DNA from: Malacoraja senta
Lineage: Eukaryota
Assembly (NCBI GenBank): GCA_038087875.1
Contig: CM075998.1
Span: 5,768,001-5,832,000, forward strand
DNA: 64,000 nt
Direction: 5' to 3'
The notes beneath the pieces are model-generated. The model was not told the origin of the DNA, did no database searches, and saw only the letters and a program-made list of their open reading frames with translations. Within the stretch, counting starts at the first letter, position 1. Each line of letters begins with the position of its first letter. The position numbers and the translations under genes are program-made. Below are positions 62,242 to 64,000 of this stretch, one piece after another.

Positions 62242-62604
62242 ATGGAAAAGGGCGGAAACTGTACTTATGGATAACTATATTCTCAAAGTAGATGTTTGTG
62301 TTGAGAGAGTTAGTTTAATTAGGTAAGAGAGTGTGAGGAGACTTGACTGGTCTTGTCTATTCTAGACTAGTCTATTTATGGACGTTAGTAGTTAGATTTA
62401 TTCAATACTTGCCAATGTGTAAGGTTCTCCTGCCTAAGGGTGTGGTCTGCCCATTAGATAGGAAGGTCTGAATCACAGTCAATATTTGGCTTCCTTTCAC
62501 TGCATGTGGCTGAAGTGTTTACTGCTCTGTGATGTTCTGACTCAATCATATTACAATTACCAGCTGAGCTCACTTCCACTTAAGGAATATGAAGGTCATG
62601 GAGG

Positions 62605-63075
62605 GTAGGAAGGAACTGCAGATGCTGGTTTACATCGAAGATAGACACAGAATGCTGGAGTAACTCAGCGGGACAGGCAGCATCTCTGGGGGGAAGGAAT
62701 GGGTGACGTTTCGGGTCGAGACACATCTTCTTTTAGGACTGAGATGAGAAAAACATTTTTTACACAGAGAGTGGTGAATCTCTGGAATTCTCTGCCACAG
62801 AATGTAGTTGAGGCCAGTTCATTGGCTATATTTAAGAGGGAGTTAGATGTGGCCCTTGTGGCTAAAGGGATCAGGGGGTATGGAGAGAAAGCAGGTACAG
62901 GATACTGAGTTGGATGATCAGCCATGATCATATTGAATGGCGGTGCAGGCTCGAAGGGCCGAATGGCCTACTCCAACACCTATTTTCTATGTTTCTATGT
63001 TTCAGAATGCTGAAGAATTCCTTCTCTCATGAGATGCTCTCTGTCCCGCTGAGTTACTCCAGCTTTTTGTGTCTA
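62605..63075. mobile_element. Penelope-tail arms flanking a CR1 3' end (62731-63002)
   Basis: gacgtttcgggtcgagac arm, FRTEMRKTFFTQRVV plus CR1 tail, then sense arm. Confidence 0.75.
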
Positions 63076-63403
63076 TGAAAGTCATGGACGCAGTTTTTGC
63101 AATTTTGTGGGCTTTGAATGCTGCCTGGTTTGCAAAGTGCTGTGTTCACTTCTGGCTGCTTCACGGAGGATTCAGGAAGGAAATACCTGCCCTTGGAGGA
63201 ACGGCAGAGGAAATCCACCAGATTGACAAAAGCTTGATTTACGAGAGCAGATTGCATAGACAAAACGTGTGTTTCCTTGAAATGGCAAGCTTAAAATGAT
63301 TCGAGGTGCTGATGGGACGGGTAGAGGGTCATTACTATTGCCTTTGGGGGGTGGGTTCGCCCAGAGCCAAAGGGCACAATCTTATCATTTGAGCCGAGAG
63401 GCT

Positions 63404-63865
63404 GTTGTCAAGCTGGGAAGGGTGCAGAGAAGATTTACGAGGATGCTGCCAGGACTCGAGGGCCTGAGCTACAGGGAAGATGTTGAGTAGGCTGGGACTC
63501 TATTCCTTGGAGCGCAGGAGGATGAGGGGTGATCTTACAGAGGTGTATAAAATCATGAGAGGAATAGATCGGGTAGATGCACAGTCTCTTGCCCAGTGTA
63601 GGGGAATCGAGGACCAGAGGACATAGGTTTAGGTGAGTGGGGGAAAGATTTAATAGGAATCTGATGGGTAATGGTGAGAATATAGAGGTGGGGTCGGAAT
63701 ATGGAACGAGCTGTCGGAGGAGGTAGTTGAGGCAGGTACTATCGCAACGTTTAAGATACATTTAGATTGGTATATGGATAGGCCAGGATATGGGCCAAAC
63801 GTGGGCAGTGTGGGCAAGCCGTGCCAAAGGGCCTGTTTCCGTGCTGTGTGACTCTGTGACTCTAT
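63404..63865 (+). mobile_element. CR1/HER1-like 3' fragment
   Basis: VVKLGRVQRRFTRMLPGLEGLSY plus tail. Confidence 0.88.
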
Positions 63866-64000
63866 GAGGCATTCGGGAAACACATCAACACACAGTGGGA
63901 ACTAGAGTTCCACCGCTCCCACGGCAAAACGTTAAGGCTCGGGAGTCTGTTGATAAAACAGGCTCAAGCTGAATGGCCTACTGTTCTTACGTCCATTGCC

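Overview
Repeat-rich non-coding vertebrate DNA, most likely from a cartilaginous fish such as a skate or ray. This is inferred from HE1-like V-SINEs that share a 3' tail with CR1/HER1-like LINEs. No host protein-coding exon, rRNA, real tRNA gene or CRISPR array could be recognised. Nearly all ORFs in the track are spurious or are transposon fragments: CR1, Rex1/Babar, Tx1, RTE, Penelope-like GIY-YIG elements, a hAT Buster/Charlie-like transposase and non-autonomous TIR elements. The main signal is a hammerhead-ribozyme-like motif, CTGAAGA-A-GGGT-NNNN-(A/G)CCC-GAAAC-GT(C/T), in the 3' tail of the Penelope-like elements. About 20 intact or decayed copies occur. The tail is also found without the ORF as (i) a 128-bp TSD-flanked unit, (ii) TSD-flanked head-to-head palindromes and (iii) two 66-bp tandem arrays whose unit starts at the GAAAC-GTC segment. 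Other points of interest are a Foldback/MULE-like element with subrepeated TIRs nested in a MITE, a highly base-paired unexplained GC-rich segment at 54.4-54.9 kb, non-autonomous RTE- and Rex1-tailed elements, an LF-SINE-like relic and several candidate conserved enhancers. Family assignments come from motif recognition, not database searches.
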